A stretch of DNA of 64,000 bases from Acidobacteriota bacterium (lineage in GTDB: Bacteria; Acidobacteriota; UBA890; WLXD01). The notes beneath the pieces are model-generated. The model had not been told where the DNA came from. It worked only from the letters and a program-made list of their open reading frames with translations, and searched no databases. A program made the position numbers and the translations under genes. The stretch is taken from NCBI GenBank assembly GCA_965248695.1, contig CBDFKD010000002.1, positions 2,272,001 through 2,336,000 on the forward strand. Reading direction: 5' to 3'. Within the stretch, counting starts at the first letter, position 1. Each line of letters starts with the position of its first letter. Below, piece by piece: positions 9,441 to 19,074 of the stretch.

Positions 9441-11384
9441 TCACGACTCCTCTACAGAGATCACTTGGCCTTTGAGCTCGCGCAGCAGGTCTTGAACCAG
9501 CGGCTCGCTCTCGGCGCGTTCCAGAAGGGCGGTAGACGCCCTCGAGGCGTCATCGATCGGCGCCGCGGCGCCGTTCTCGGTTCGTTGACCACCGGAGGCG
9601 CTCGTGTCGCTCGGGGCAGCGGGCGTGGCTGGCGTACCTGGCGAGGAAGAGGGAGCGCTGGCGGCCGGTGACGATGCTCGCTGCGCGTCGTCATCGAGCT
9701 CGACACGGGGGTTCACCTGCCTGCCGGCGGCGGCGCTACAGGCAGTTGCCAGCGCCGGTAGGATCTGTGGATCGCGCACGCGCTGCGCGAAAATGCTGGC
9801 GCTTGAAGGAAACCGGAGGGTCAACGTCTTGTCTTCCAGGTCGACGGCGCTGGCGCGGCCCAGCACCTGGGCCACGAGCGGATGCGATTCCTCGAGCGCC
9901 TGCCGGATCGAGCCCAGCAGATCGGCCGGATCGTCGACGTGCATGGTGGCCATCGTGGCCGTGGTGGCTGCGGGCTTCGGAGCTACTGTCTCGAGAGTCG
10001 ATTCGCGAGACGGCGGCGCGTCGGGTTCCGGCGGCAGCGGCGGCTCGTCTGAGACTGGAGCTGTGTCCAACCCTGGTGCCGCGTGCGAAGCCGGCACGTT
10101 CTCGGGCACTGCCCCTGTCGCGGCGCCGGATCCTGCCGGCGTAGCGCCCTGTGATCGGCCTAGATTGCGCCGTGCCGCGCTGTGGGTGTCGTCGCCGGAG
10201 CCACGGCTGCCGCGCCCACCGGTAGTCCCGCCACCCGATGGCGAGCCGAGCGCGTCGATGAGCTTCTGGATCGGTTCCAGGCGAGGCATGCGCGCCAGCC
10301 GCGACAGCACCACTTCAACGTGATACCGCGGATGCTCGGCAACCTTGATGCGGTATTCGTTGGCAGCCAGCAGGCTGAAGGCGCGATCCAGGTCGTCGAC
10401 CTCGAACAGCTCCGCCTGCTGGCGCAGTCGATCAACGTCGGTCGACGGCAGGTGAAGGATCTCCCCGGGGTCTTGGACGCTGTGCACCACCAGGAGATTT
10501 CGGATATGCCCCAGGAGATCGATGGTGAACTGGTGCAGGTCTACCCCCTGCTCGACCATCTCGTTGACCAGACCGAGCACCCCGGCGATCTCACCGGCGG
10601 CGACCAGGTCGGTGGCGCGGAACAGCAACATGCGATCGACCAGTCCGAGCAAGTCGACAACTGTCGATTCGTCGAGGTGGTCACCGGCGAACGCTATGAG
10701 CTTGTCGAGCAGGCTTTGGGCATCACGCAGGCTGCCATCGGCCGCCGAAGCGATCAGCGCCAGGCCATCGGCCGAAATGTCGATGCCCTCCGCCTCGGCG
10801 ATGCGACCCAGGTGTCCACCGATCTCGCGCTGGCTGATGCGGGCGAACTGGTAGTGCTGGCAGCGCGACAGAATCGTCGGCAGGATCTTGTTGGGCTCGG
10901 TGGTGGCGAGAACGAAGACGATGTACTCTGGGGGCTCTTCGAGCACCTTCAGCAAGGCGTTGGAAGCATGCGGCGTCAGCATGTGGGCCTCGTCGAGAAT
11001 CATCACCTTGTAACGATCCCGCGATGGCGCGTAGCGGGCGATGTCGATGAGCTCCTTCATCTCGTCGAGGCCGCGGTCCGACGCCGCGTCGCGCTCGAAC
11101 ACGTCGAGCGCGCTGCTGCTGGCGATCTCGACGCACGACTCGCACTCGCCACACGGAGTAGCGGTCGCCGTGTCGACAGCGCGGCAGTTGAGTCCGCGCG
11201 CCAGCAGGCGGGCCACAGTTGTCTTGCCGACACCGCGGATACCTGAGAAGCAGTACGCGTGCGCGATGCGCCCCTGGCTGAGGGCGTTGCCGAGCGTGCG
11301 GACGACTGCCTGCTGTCCGACCACCTCCTCGAACTGCTGCGGTCGCCACTTGCGGGCGAGCACCTGATAGTTCTGACGACCCAT
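9441..11384 (-). CDS. dnaX: DNA polymerase III subunit gamma/tau
   Basis: YQVLARKWRPQQF, GIRGVGKTT, DEAHML, LKVLEEPP, TILSRC. Confidence 0.97.
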   Translation of the reverse strand: MGRQNYQVLARKWRPQQFEEVVGQQAVVRTLGNALSQGRIAHAYCFSGIRGVGKTTVARLLARGLNCRAVDTATATPCGECESCVEIASSSALDVFERDAASDRGLDEMKELIDIARYAPSRDRYKVMILDEAHMLTPHASNALLKVLEEPPEYIVFVLATTEPNKILPTILSRCQHYQFARISQREIGGHLGRIAEAEGIDISADGLALIASAADGSLRDAQSLLDKLIAFAGDHLDESTVVDLLGLVDRMLLFRATDLVAAGEIAGVLGLVNEMVEQGVDLHQFTIDLLGHIRNLLVVHSVQDPGEILHLPSTDVDRLRQQAELFEVDDLDRAFSLLAANEYRIKVAEHPRYHVEVVLSRLARMPRLEPIQKLIDALGSPSGGGTTGGRGSRGSGDDTHSAARRNLGRSQGATPAGSGAATGAVPENVPASHAAPGLDTAPVSDEPPLPPEPDAPPSRESTLETVAPKPAATTATMATMHVDDPADLLGSIRQALEESHPLVAQVLGRASAVDLEDKTLTLRFPSSASIFAQRVRDPQILPALATACSAAAGRQVNPRVELDDDAQRASSPAASAPSSSPGTPATPAAPSDTSASGGQRTENGAAAPIDDASRASTALLERAESEPLVQDLLRELKGQVISVEES

Positions 11385-11453
11385 GGCTGACCAGAAAATC
11401 CAGGAAGATACGGTGAGATATCGCTGCGCTACTCCCTCAACTACGCCGCGAAC

Positions 11454-11565
11454 GAGACGAACGCCGGGTGATCCTGCGGCACCTGCAGGTGCCCGCTTAG
11501 CGCTGCTCCCTTCCGGGTCTGACGCGGTTCACGAGTCTGCACCGCACAGGGCCCGGCGCCGTCCC
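11454..11565 (-). ncRNA. ffs: Signal recognition particle 4.5S RNA
   Basis: Helix-8 motif TCAGACCCGGAAGGGAGCAGC inside a long hairpin, directly upstream of dnaX. Confidence 0.92.
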
Positions 11566-11864
11566 AAGACGCTGACGGCCGTGGCTCGCCGCCGAATTCG
11601 TGCCGATTGACCGGCCGTAGCGGAGCGAGCTGCGCCACGCCGCGGCCGAGGGCCGATGGTGCCACGCGGGCCGGACGGCCATCAAGCGATCGAACGCGTT
11701 CCAATCGCTGCCGGGCTCCGCGTCGCCGGACGGCTCGTCGGAGCAGGTCGCAGCCGGCGCGGTAGATCCCGGTGACGTAGGCCGTCGACCCGCACGAGCG
11801 CCGCTCGCGGCTGGGGAGAGAGTCAGGCGGTGCACCCAGACTGGAGCGAACCCGTCTCGGCCGA

Positions 11865-12060
11865 TTTTCCCTGTTAAACAGGGAATGAACAGGGAAAATG
11901 CGCCGATTGGGGCTCGAATCGGCGAAGATCGGGTCCCCTAACCCCCGGATATTATGGGGCTTAGGGTCCGAATTCCCTACGCTCAGGAACAGGGAACTTG
12001 TGCGACCGGAACAGGGATTTTTAGGGGCCGAACAGGGAAATCTGCACGCGCAAACAGGCA
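11865..12060. repeat. AACAGGGAA repeat cluster at the element end
   Basis: TTCCCTGTT 11867; AACAGGGA(A/T) at 11877, 11888, 11988, 12010, 12031; degenerate copy near 12053. Confidence 0.8.
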
Positions 12061-12082
12061 ACGACATCGGTAGCCAACACGG

Positions 12083-13816
12083 CTAAGCGAACCCCAGAAG
12101 CTGCCGCTGGGCGGTCCATTGCAGGGGCAGTCGCGTGTCACGCATGAGCTTGTTGGCGGTCAACTCGGGCGGCTGGAGACCGTCGAGGATGACCGCAACG
12201 ATGTCCGGTGCCAGAAAGCTCAACCGCAGCAGCCGAGTGGCGTAGGAGGGCACGATGCCCTCAGCCTCGGCGATCTTCTGGATGCTGAGGTCGGGGTTGG
12301 AATCCAGTCGATCACGGATCCCGAAGGCGCGCACCAGCAGCCGGACCAGGCTGGGGTCTGGTTTGGCCTCCTTGCCGGAGCCGGGGACGATCAGCCGCAC
12401 GGCCGTGCCGGTGCGCTTGAGCACGGCGGGAACCTCCAGGACGATGGTCTCGGGGGTGCGGGTTGATCGGGGCACCGGCGGCCGGGGATGGGGCTGCGAG
12501 CACACCATCTCGGTAACCTGGTCCGCAGCGATCTCCACCTGGATGCAGCCGGACCGGATGATGACCCGGCGCAGGAGACTCTTCAGATACGCCCTGGCTT
12601 GCTCCGGCTGCAGGCTCGGCCACCGTTCGGCGAGCCGCTGGGCGCCGGCAACCAACGCCGCCTGTCCTTCGGCATCCGGATCTTCCTCATCTATCACTGC
12701 GCTTACGGCGGCCGGCTCGGTGAGCCATTGCCGTAGGCGGGTGGTGACGAGAGCCTCCAGATCCGCCGCTGGGATGCGCCACCCCTTGCGGTCGGGTCTC
12801 TTTCCCCCGAGGATCAGGTGGCGGGAGACATAGTAGCGGTAGCGCCGGTTGTTCTTGAGCGCATGGGTGGGCGTGAGGCGTTCGCCGCACTCATCCTCCA
12901 GCAGGCCCGTCAGCAAGCTGGGGTGCCGAGGCCCTCGGCGGCGGGGGCCCCGGGTGTTTTGGGCCAGGATCGCCTGCACCGCATCCCAGAGCTCTTCATC
13001 GATGATCGCTTCGTGCTGGCCGGGATAGGCTGTGTCCTTGTGAACGATCTGTCCTCGGTAGATGCGGTTACGCAGCAGGTAGTACAGCGCTCCCCGGTTG
13101 ATCGGCTTGCCGCCGGTGAGGGTGCCGTTACGCAGCACCCGGCGCTTGCTGGTGACGCCCGCGGTTACAAGCCGCGTACGTAGAGCGCGCACCGATCGGA
13201 GCTGACGGTACTGGCGAAAGATATAGCGGACGGTTTCCGCCTCCTTTTTGTTAACAACCAGCTTCCGGTCCCGCACGTCGTAGCCCAGGGGCGGGCGGCC
13301 GCCCATCCACAGCCCCTTTTTCTTGGAGGCGGCGATCTTGTCGCGGATGCGCTCCCCAGTGAGTTCACGCTCAAACTGGGCAAACGACAACAGCACGTTG
13401 AGCGTCAGGCGCCCCATCGAGCTGGTGGTGTTGAACTGTTGGGTCACCGACACGAACGACACCCCGTGCCGCTCGAGGATCTCTACAATCCGGGCGAAAT
13501 CCGACAGGGCCCGGCTCAGCCGGTCCACCTTGTACACCACGAGCAGGTCGATGCGGCCGCCTTGGACATCGGCCAGCAGACGCTGCAGCGCTGGCCGATC
13601 CATCGTGGCGCCTGAGACGCCACCGTCGTCGTACCTGTCCGGCAGGCAGCGCCAGCCTTCGTGCTTGTGGCTTCCGATATAGGCCTCGCAGGCCTCACGT
13701 TGAGCGTGCAGGGAGTTGAAGGCTTGATCTAGTCCTCGCTCGTGGGACTTGCGGGTGTAGATACCGCAGCGCAGGTGCCCGTTGCCGTTGCGGCAGGCAG
13801 GAGCCGTTTCGTTCAC
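12083..13816 (-). CDS. Large serine recombinase (resolvase + recombinase domains)
   Basis: CGIYTRKS, YDDGGVSGATMDRPAL, VYKVDRLSR, FAQFERE; GTG start overlaps the DUF2924 stop. Confidence 0.92.
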   Translation of the reverse strand: MNETAPACRNGNGHLRCGIYTRKSHERGLDQAFNSLHAQREACEAYIGSHKHEGWRCLPDRYDDGGVSGATMDRPALQRLLADVQGGRIDLLVVYKVDRLSRALSDFARIVEILERHGVSFVSVTQQFNTTSSMGRLTLNVLLSFAQFERELTGERIRDKIAASKKKGLWMGGRPPLGYDVRDRKLVVNKKEAETVRYIFRQYRQLRSVRALRTRLVTAGVTSKRRVLRNGTLTGGKPINRGALYYLLRNRIYRGQIVHKDTAYPGQHEAIIDEELWDAVQAILAQNTRGPRRRGPRHPSLLTGLLEDECGERLTPTHALKNNRRYRYYVSRHLILGGKRPDRKGWRIPAADLEALVTTRLRQWLTEPAAVSAVIDEEDPDAEGQAALVAGAQRLAERWPSLQPEQARAYLKSLLRRVIIRSGCIQVEIAADQVTEMVCSQPHPRPPVPRSTRTPETIVLEVPAVLKRTGTAVRLIVPGSGKEAKPDPSLVRLLVRAFGIRDRLDSNPDLSIQKIAEAEGIVPSYATRLLRLSFLAPDIVAVILDGLQPPELTANKLMRDTRLPLQWTAQRQLLGFA

Positions 13817-14301
13817 GATGAGCGTTTGGAGGCCTTCTGAATGCCGAAGAAGCGAGGGCCGGAGCAATGGGCGCCGGTGATGCGCCGGGCGATGCTGCTC
13901 AAGGAGCCATACAGCTCACCGGCGTACTCGAAGCCGCTCTCGGTCACGGTGACCAGGTAGGTTTCGCCTCGCCATTGCCGCACCAATCGTGCGCCCGGGC
14001 GCAGCCGTGGGCCCGTTGAGGGCGCCACACGGCCGGTCTGGGCGAAGGCCTTGGCCAACGTCCGCAGCCGACGCTGGGTGGATTTGCTCAAACCACCATG
14101 AACGTGTTCCTGCAGCTTGTAGGCGAGGCCCCGGATCAACAGGTCGCGGCTGATACGGGGCGGGGGTGCCCCGTAAAGACGCCGCCACTCATCACGCAGC
14201 GTGGGCAGATCCAGCGTATCGAGCGCCACGAGCCGCTCCTGCAAAACGGTCTCATCGGCTCTGTGCGAGGCGGCCGTACCGGGTTGGCTGTTCGCGCACA
14301 T
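13813..14301 (-). CDS. DUF2924 domain protein
   Basis: LRDEWRRLY..LAYKLQE, PGARLVRQWRG..YGSLSSIARRITG..SGPRFFG. Confidence 0.88.
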   Translation of the reverse strand: MCANSQPGTAASHRADETVLQERLVALDTLDLPTLRDEWRRLYGAPPPRISRDLLIRGLAYKLQEHVHGGLSKSTQRRLRTLAKAFAQTGRVAPSTGPRLRPGARLVRQWRGETYLVTVTESGFEYAGELYGSLSSIARRITGAHCSGPRFFGIQKASKRSS

Positions 14302-14399
14302 ATGGACTCCATTGGATCGCTTCCCGGGGGGCAACCCCCGGTGTCCAAAGTGACGCTCGCTTGCCCGCACAAGTCCAGTCCAAAACCTCTTCGCATTGT

Positions 14400-14429
14400 T
14401 GTTGCTTATAATGTTGCTATTACTGTTGC
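14400..14429. promoter_or_regulatory. Three TGTTGC direct repeats at 12-bp spacing around a TATAAT box
   Basis: TGTTGC at 14400, 14412, 14424 in the divergent gap. Confidence 0.5.
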
Positions 14430-14448
14430 GTTAGGGCAAGGTGCTCCC

Positions 14449-14964
14449 ATGGTTGATGCTGCAGCAATTCTGCTAGTTGTGCGAGACGCTGCGCGGCTTC
14501 GGCCCCTGATCGCTGAGCTGATCGCACAACGCGATCAGTTACGCGCCGCCGCACACGCTGTCGAAGCGCAGATCCAGAGCTTGGCCGTTGCCACAAGCAA
14601 CTTGGCTCAGCTTGAACAACTTGCCGCCAAGGTTCCGCAGCAGCTTGCCGCCCACAGCTCCAGCGGCAAGGACCTCTCTACTGCAGAGGCCATCTGTCTC
14701 ACGATGATGTGTGAGCCGGAGCGCACATGGCGCACCGGCGAGATCCAAGAGCGGATCGATGCCGCTGGCTGCGAGTTTGGAGATTCAAGCGTCCGATCTA
14801 CGCTGTCGCGCTTCGCGAGCGGCTGTGTTGAGCGTATAGCTCGCGGCGCGTATCGACTGACCCCGGAAGGCATTGAACGTGGGGTCCAGCTTGCACTCCG
14901 GCAGATGGACGACGACGGCGACTCGATGCAGACCAACCCAAGCCGGCAAGAGTCGAATGGTTGA
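14449..14964 (+). CDS. Hypothetical coiled-coil + winged-helix protein
   Basis: Heptad-like N-terminus; C-terminal SVRSTLSRF..VERIARGAYRL; stop overlaps the next gene. Confidence 0.6.
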   Translation: MVDAAAILLVVRDAARLRPLIAELIAQRDQLRAAAHAVEAQIQSLAVATSNLAQLEQLAAKVPQQLAAHSSSGKDLSTAEAICLTMMCEPERTWRTGEIQERIDAAGCEFGDSSVRSTLSRFASGCVERIARGAYRLTPEGIERGVQLALRQMDDDGDSMQTNPSRQESNG

Positions 14965-16291
14965 AACTCAAGTCTCCCAAGTTAATCGCGACCGTGACCC
15001 CGACCGACCGTCGATCGTGTATCAGGCAACATCGGCCCTCCAGCCCGCCGCGCGCAACCCCCGCACCCATAGCCAACAGCAAATCCGGCAGATCGCCGAG
15101 AGTATCTGCGCGTTCGGCTTCACCAATCCGATCCTGGTCGATGAGCAGGGCGAGGTGATGGCCGGGCACGGACGGCTCGAGGCGGCGAAGTTACTCGGAC
15201 TCCGCCAGGTTCCCACCATCTGCATGGGCGATCTGACCGCAGCGCAGAAGCGAGCTTACGTGATCGCGGACAACCGACTGGCGGAGCTCGCCGGCTGGGA
15301 CGAGGAGCTGCTGGCGATCGAGCTGCAATCGCTTACAACGATCGACCTGGACTTCGATATCGAGATCGTCGGTTTCCAGACCGCCGAGATCGACACGCTC
15401 ATCGCTGGGCTCGACGATGCCGGCAGCAACGACGAGGCTGACCGGTTGCCCGAGATCGACGAGGCGACGCCGCCGATCACCAAGCCGGGCGATCTGTGGC
15501 TGCTCGGCCGCCATCGCCTGTTGTGCGCGGATGCAACCCAGACGGACTCCTATCGCCGCCTCATGGATGGCGAGACGGCCCAGATGGTATTCACCGACCC
15601 GCCCTACAACGTGCCCATCGATGGCCACGCCTGCGGCGTCGGTGCGGTGAAGCACGCCGAGTTCGCCATGGCCGCGGGCGAGATGTCGGAAGCGGAGTTC
15701 ACCACCTTCCTTACGACCGTGCTGGCCCAGATGGCCTCGCACAGCAGCCACAGCGCCATCCACTTCGTCTGCATGGACTGGCGTCACCTGTTGGAGCTGT
15801 TGATGGCAGGCCGCACGGTCTACGAGGAGCTAAAGAACCTCTGCGTTTGGAACAAGACCAACGGTGGCATGGGATCGCTATACCGCTCCAAGCACGAGCT
15901 GGTGGCTGTGTTCAAGGCCGGCCACGGGCCGCACATCAACAACGTCAAGTTGGGGGTGCACGGCCGCTACCGCACCAATGTCTGGGACTATTGTGGCGTC
16001 AACGCCTTGGGTGCAGACCGCGACGCAGAGCTGGCCATGCACCCTACGGTCAAGCCGGTGGCGCTGGTCCAAGACGCGATCCTGGACTGCTCCCGACGCG
16101 GCGGCATCGTGCTGGACGCCTTCTCAGGCTCGGGCACCACTCTCATTGCAGCACAGCGGTCGGGTCGACGTGGCTTCGGCCTGGAACTGGAGCCTAAATA
16201 CGTTGACGTGACCCTCAAGCGGTACCGGGATTTCACCGGCCAGGAGCCGGTGCACGAAAAAAGCGGGTTGACGTTGGCCCAGCTGCAATAG
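14957..16291 (+). CDS. ParB-N domain fused to an N4/N6 DNA methyltransferase
   Basis: FGFTNPILVD..AGHGRL, ADNRLAE; FTDPPYN, HPTVKP, LDAFSGSGTT. Confidence 0.92.
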   Translation: MVETQVSQVNRDRDPDRPSIVYQATSALQPAARNPRTHSQQQIRQIAESICAFGFTNPILVDEQGEVMAGHGRLEAAKLLGLRQVPTICMGDLTAAQKRAYVIADNRLAELAGWDEELLAIELQSLTTIDLDFDIEIVGFQTAEIDTLIAGLDDAGSNDEADRLPEIDEATPPITKPGDLWLLGRHRLLCADATQTDSYRRLMDGETAQMVFTDPPYNVPIDGHACGVGAVKHAEFAMAAGEMSEAEFTTFLTTVLAQMASHSSHSAIHFVCMDWRHLLELLMAGRTVYEELKNLCVWNKTNGGMGSLYRSKHELVAVFKAGHGPHINNVKLGVHGRYRTNVWDYCGVNALGADRDAELAMHPTVKPVALVQDAILDCSRRGGIVLDAFSGSGTTLIAAQRSGRRGFGLELEPKYVDVTLKRYRDFTGQEPVHEKSGLTLAQLQ

Positions 16292-16301
16292 AAGCCTCAG
16301 A

Positions 16302-16724
16302 ATGTCAAACGATTACACGGTTGGCTACGGCAAACCGCCCGAGCACACCAGGTTCCAGAAAGGTCGATCGGGCAACCCGGCGGGCCGGCCCAAAGGACGA
16401 AGAAACAAGGGCTCGGTGGTCAGGGAGGTCATCGAGCGTAAAGTGACCATCCGTGAAAACGGCAAAGCACGGAAAGTGCCCGTGTTCGAGGCACTTGTGG
16501 AGAGCATGGTTGCTAAGGCGCTCAAAGGCTCGTTCAACGAGCAGATCAAGCTAATCTAGCTGATCGAAAAACACCTGCCCGACAAGCTCAGGGACATCCA
16601 AGGCGAAGAGGGTCCGATCATCACCCGGATCGAACGGGTGATCGTGAACCCCAAGGTCGACGACGACGTGGACCTAGAGGCCCCGGATGGCTTGGTGCCC
16701 GAGGCTCAGGAGGATGCCGCGTGA
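16302..16724 (+). pseudogene. DUF5681 / terminase small subunit-like gene with an internal TAG at 16557
   Basis: VGYGKPPEHTRFQKGRSGNPAGRPKG; the frame continues past the TAG to GPIITRIERVIVNPK...AQEDAA*. Confidence 0.75.
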
Positions 16725-16810
16725 GGGCACGCTTCGGCTCAAGATACCGCGCGTGGTTGGACCGCTGCTGCAACAGCAGGCACGGTACCGAGGCGACTAC
16801 GGCGGGAGGG
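16714..16810 (+). pseudogene. N-terminal stub of terminase large subunit
   Basis: MPREGTLRLKIPRVVGPLLQQQARYRGDYGGR aligns with the prophage TerL start; cut inside Walker A. Confidence 0.75.
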
Positions 16811-16825
16811 AATCGGATAGGAGTC

Positions 16826-17231
16826 ATGCGCGCGTTGATCGACTTTTCGGTACGGCGACCCATCGCGGTGGGCATGCTGTACTGCGGCCTTGCTCTTCTC
16901 GCGTGGGCCGCTTGGTCGGATCTGCCCGTCGACGTTGTTCCGGAGGGCGAGTTCCCCGAGGTCATTATCTCGACGAGTTGGCCAGGTGCATCACCAGAGT
17001 CGATCCAGAGCTTGATCACGAGCCCGATCGAGTCGGTCTCGGTTACGGTGCCCGGCGTTCACAAGGTGACGTCGACTTCGCAGCGTGGCACGTCGAACGT
17101 CACGCTCCAGTTCATCGAGAGCGCCAACCTCGACCTGGCGCGCTTCGAGCTGGCGGATCGGCTCTCACTGCTGCACGACGAGCTGCCGCCTGGCATCCTG
17201 CCGCCGACGCTACGGGCCAACCTTCCGCGCC
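16826..17231 (+). pseudogene. N-terminal fragment of RND efflux permease (AcrB-like)
   Basis: FSVRRPIAV..LPVDVVPEGEFP..WPGASPESI..ITSPIE; about 135 aa only. Confidence 0.8.
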
Positions 17232-17344
17232 ACGCTTCCGCGTGGAGACCCTGCGTGCCGTGACGGATCGGAGCCACGCTTTGATCTCACGTTCGTCGAG
17301 ATGCTATAGTCTCATTCAAATCAATACCGTCTCAGCTCGGATCG

Positions 17345-17504
17345 ATGCCACTCATCCGACCCACGCTCCTTTGCGCCCTCGTGGCCTCCAGCGTCGCCAC
17401 GGTTGCCCTGGCCCTCCAGATCACGGGGAAGGACGTGGCGTTGCTGGCAACCTTCGTCCACTTTGAATCGCCTCACGTTCACCCGCTCGACCTGAGCCCC
17501 GACG
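17345..17504 (+). pseudogene. N-terminal fragment of a YncE-like beta-propeller protein
   Basis: Signal peptide then FVHFESPHVHPLDLSPD, truncated. Confidence 0.55.
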
Positions 17505-17712
17505 CCCACTTGGCCTGCGAAGCGAAGTTGTCCGTATCCATGGACATGCTGGCGTTGCGCTCAAGGTAGGCGCGCACGTCACTCTCGCGATATCGCATCT
17601 GTCCTCGAACGCGAACGAACGGGAGCCTCCCCTCTTTACGCTCGCGTCGGATCGTCCGCGGCGAGACCTGAAAAAACTCTGCGAGCGTCTCCGTGGTGTA
17701 GAGCTTCTGCAC
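17479..17712 (-). CDS. Excisionase-like HTH_17 protein
   Basis: LYTTETLAEFFQVSPRTIRR..GRLPFVRVRGQMRYRESDVRAYL. Confidence 0.8.
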   Translation of the reverse strand: MQKLYTTETLAEFFQVSPRTIRRERKEGRLPFVRVRGQMRYRESDVRAYLERNASMSMDTDNFASQAKWASGLRSSG

Positions 17713-18017
17713 GATTGCGTATTCCCGTGTTTTTGTGTTCACATCGGTGGCGTCAAACACAACTCGACTCCCCGGTACCAGCGACGGCAGGCTGACGGCT
17801 AGCGCCCGACCACGGAGTACGTTGCGTCGGTTTGACCTCCAAAATCCGGTGGGGCTATCGACGGCAGGGTGGTTGCATGCCACTTTGCTCCTGTCGAGAG
17901 ACAACATAACACTGACGATATCTGGCACAAATATAAAAAAGCTTTAGAACACAGATAAATAGATATTTTAATGGCAACTATCCCGTCGATGTATAAGGAG
18001 GGTGTGAGATGAAGGGG

Positions 18018-18884
18018 TCAGGAAAGGGCGGGGTTCCGGGGCGGGCCGCAGACCTTCCAGGGGAACTCGGGAAGACGCATGCAGGCGTCGATGATCCCAT
18101 CGACGTAATGATGAAACTGAAAGAGCAGTGGGAGCATCGGTACGTTCCTGATGAGGCCAGCTTGCTCGATGGCTACCTCCAGGGTCATCTTGCCGTGCAC
18201 GTCCACTTTCGTGCCCAGAAGGGAGTCGGGCAGGGTCAATCGTCCGAGTTCTGCGCCGTCTTTAAACAACACGCGGGGTCGGAAAACAGCGGTGGTCGAG
18301 CTTCGGGCGCCTCGCACCTCCACCCGGTATGCGGCGACGCCCCGGACCGTCAAGTTCAAGAGCCGGTGCTTATCGGCGTTGTTCAGTTCGTTGATCATCC
18401 ACAAGGGATCCTCGTGGTAGGAGGCCCCTCGTTTCAGCGGTTGCAGGTTGTCGATGATTGCCTCGGCGGCGGCAGAGACGCCCTTTATCATTCCGGGTTT
18501 CTGGGATTCGTAATTGGCAAGCGGGTCGGGATTCCCCTTGTTCCCGGTGGCGACAATCGGGAATTGGGTCTTGCACGTCGGTTCCTTCTTCGTGTTAGCG
18601 ACCACCAACTGGTAGACGAGGTGATCGAGTGCGGACCGGAGTTGGAAGACGACCTCTCCCACCAAGACGCTCAGTTGGGGTGGGATTTTGGGCGGGATTC
18701 CCGATATGTAGAAGACCATCCTCTCAACGGCCTTGCTAGACTCGTAGTGTCGGATTCGACGAACTTGGATGGACTCCGGGTCAACATCGACCATTCCGGC
18801 GGCGAGTTCATCGTTGATCTGGTCGATGTGCTGCATGGCCCGATCAACCTTCGTGAGACAGCCATCCATGGTCGGCTCACTCAT
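18018..18884 (-). CDS. IS passenger protein, putative HEPN-like
   Basis: LRSALDHLVY and ELNNADKHR motifs; lies inside the IS ends. Confidence 0.65.
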   Translation of the reverse strand: MSEPTMDGCLTKVDRAMQHIDQINDELAAGMVDVDPESIQVRRIRHYESSKAVERMVFYISGIPPKIPPQLSVLVGEVVFQLRSALDHLVYQLVVANTKKEPTCKTQFPIVATGNKGNPDPLANYESQKPGMIKGVSAAAEAIIDNLQPLKRGASYHEDPLWMINELNNADKHRLLNLTVRGVAAYRVEVRGARSSTTAVFRPRVLFKDGAELGRLTLPDSLLGTKVDVHGKMTLEVAIEQAGLIRNVPMLPLLFQFHHYVDGIIDACMRLPEFPWKVCGPPRNPALS

Positions 18885-18918
18885 GAACGGTTTCTCCGAC
18901 AGCTAGAAGGTGTGCCAC

Positions 18919-19074
18919 ATGAGCGACGAGAAACAGAAGACACCGAAGGGCGCAGAGATCCCCGTACCGAAGAAGCGGGATTTCATGCGCGACCTGAAGA
19001 AGATCGCCAAGGGTGTCGACCCGAAGAAGGTCAACGGCACCGGATCAGCTACGAGCAGCAGCGCGAAGAAGTAG
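18919..19074 (+). CDS. Small basic IS1595-associated protein (51 aa)
   Basis: MSDEKQKTPKGAEIPVPKKRDFMRDLKKIAK; AGAAGG RBS. Confidence 0.5.
   Translation: MSDEKQKTPKGAEIPVPKKRDFMRDLKKIAKGVDPKKVNGTGSATSSSAKK

Larger units (their letters stand above)
11811..16810. mobile_element. Integrative element: large serine recombinase + DUF2924 + ParB-methylase + DUF5681/terminase remnant
   Basis: Gene cluster plus terminal repeat cluster; right end broken by a junction into an RND fragment. Confidence 0.75.

Noticed and set aside
9441-11384. Programmed dnaX frameshift producing gamma
   Set aside because: No AAAAAAG or long A-run slippery site seen; the Pro/Ala-rich linker is ordinary for tau
16557-16559. 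Stop-codon recoding (TAG read-through) in the element
   Set aside because: A single case in a decaying locus; neighbouring genes end normally at TAG, so a CAG-to-TAG mutation or sequencing error is simpler
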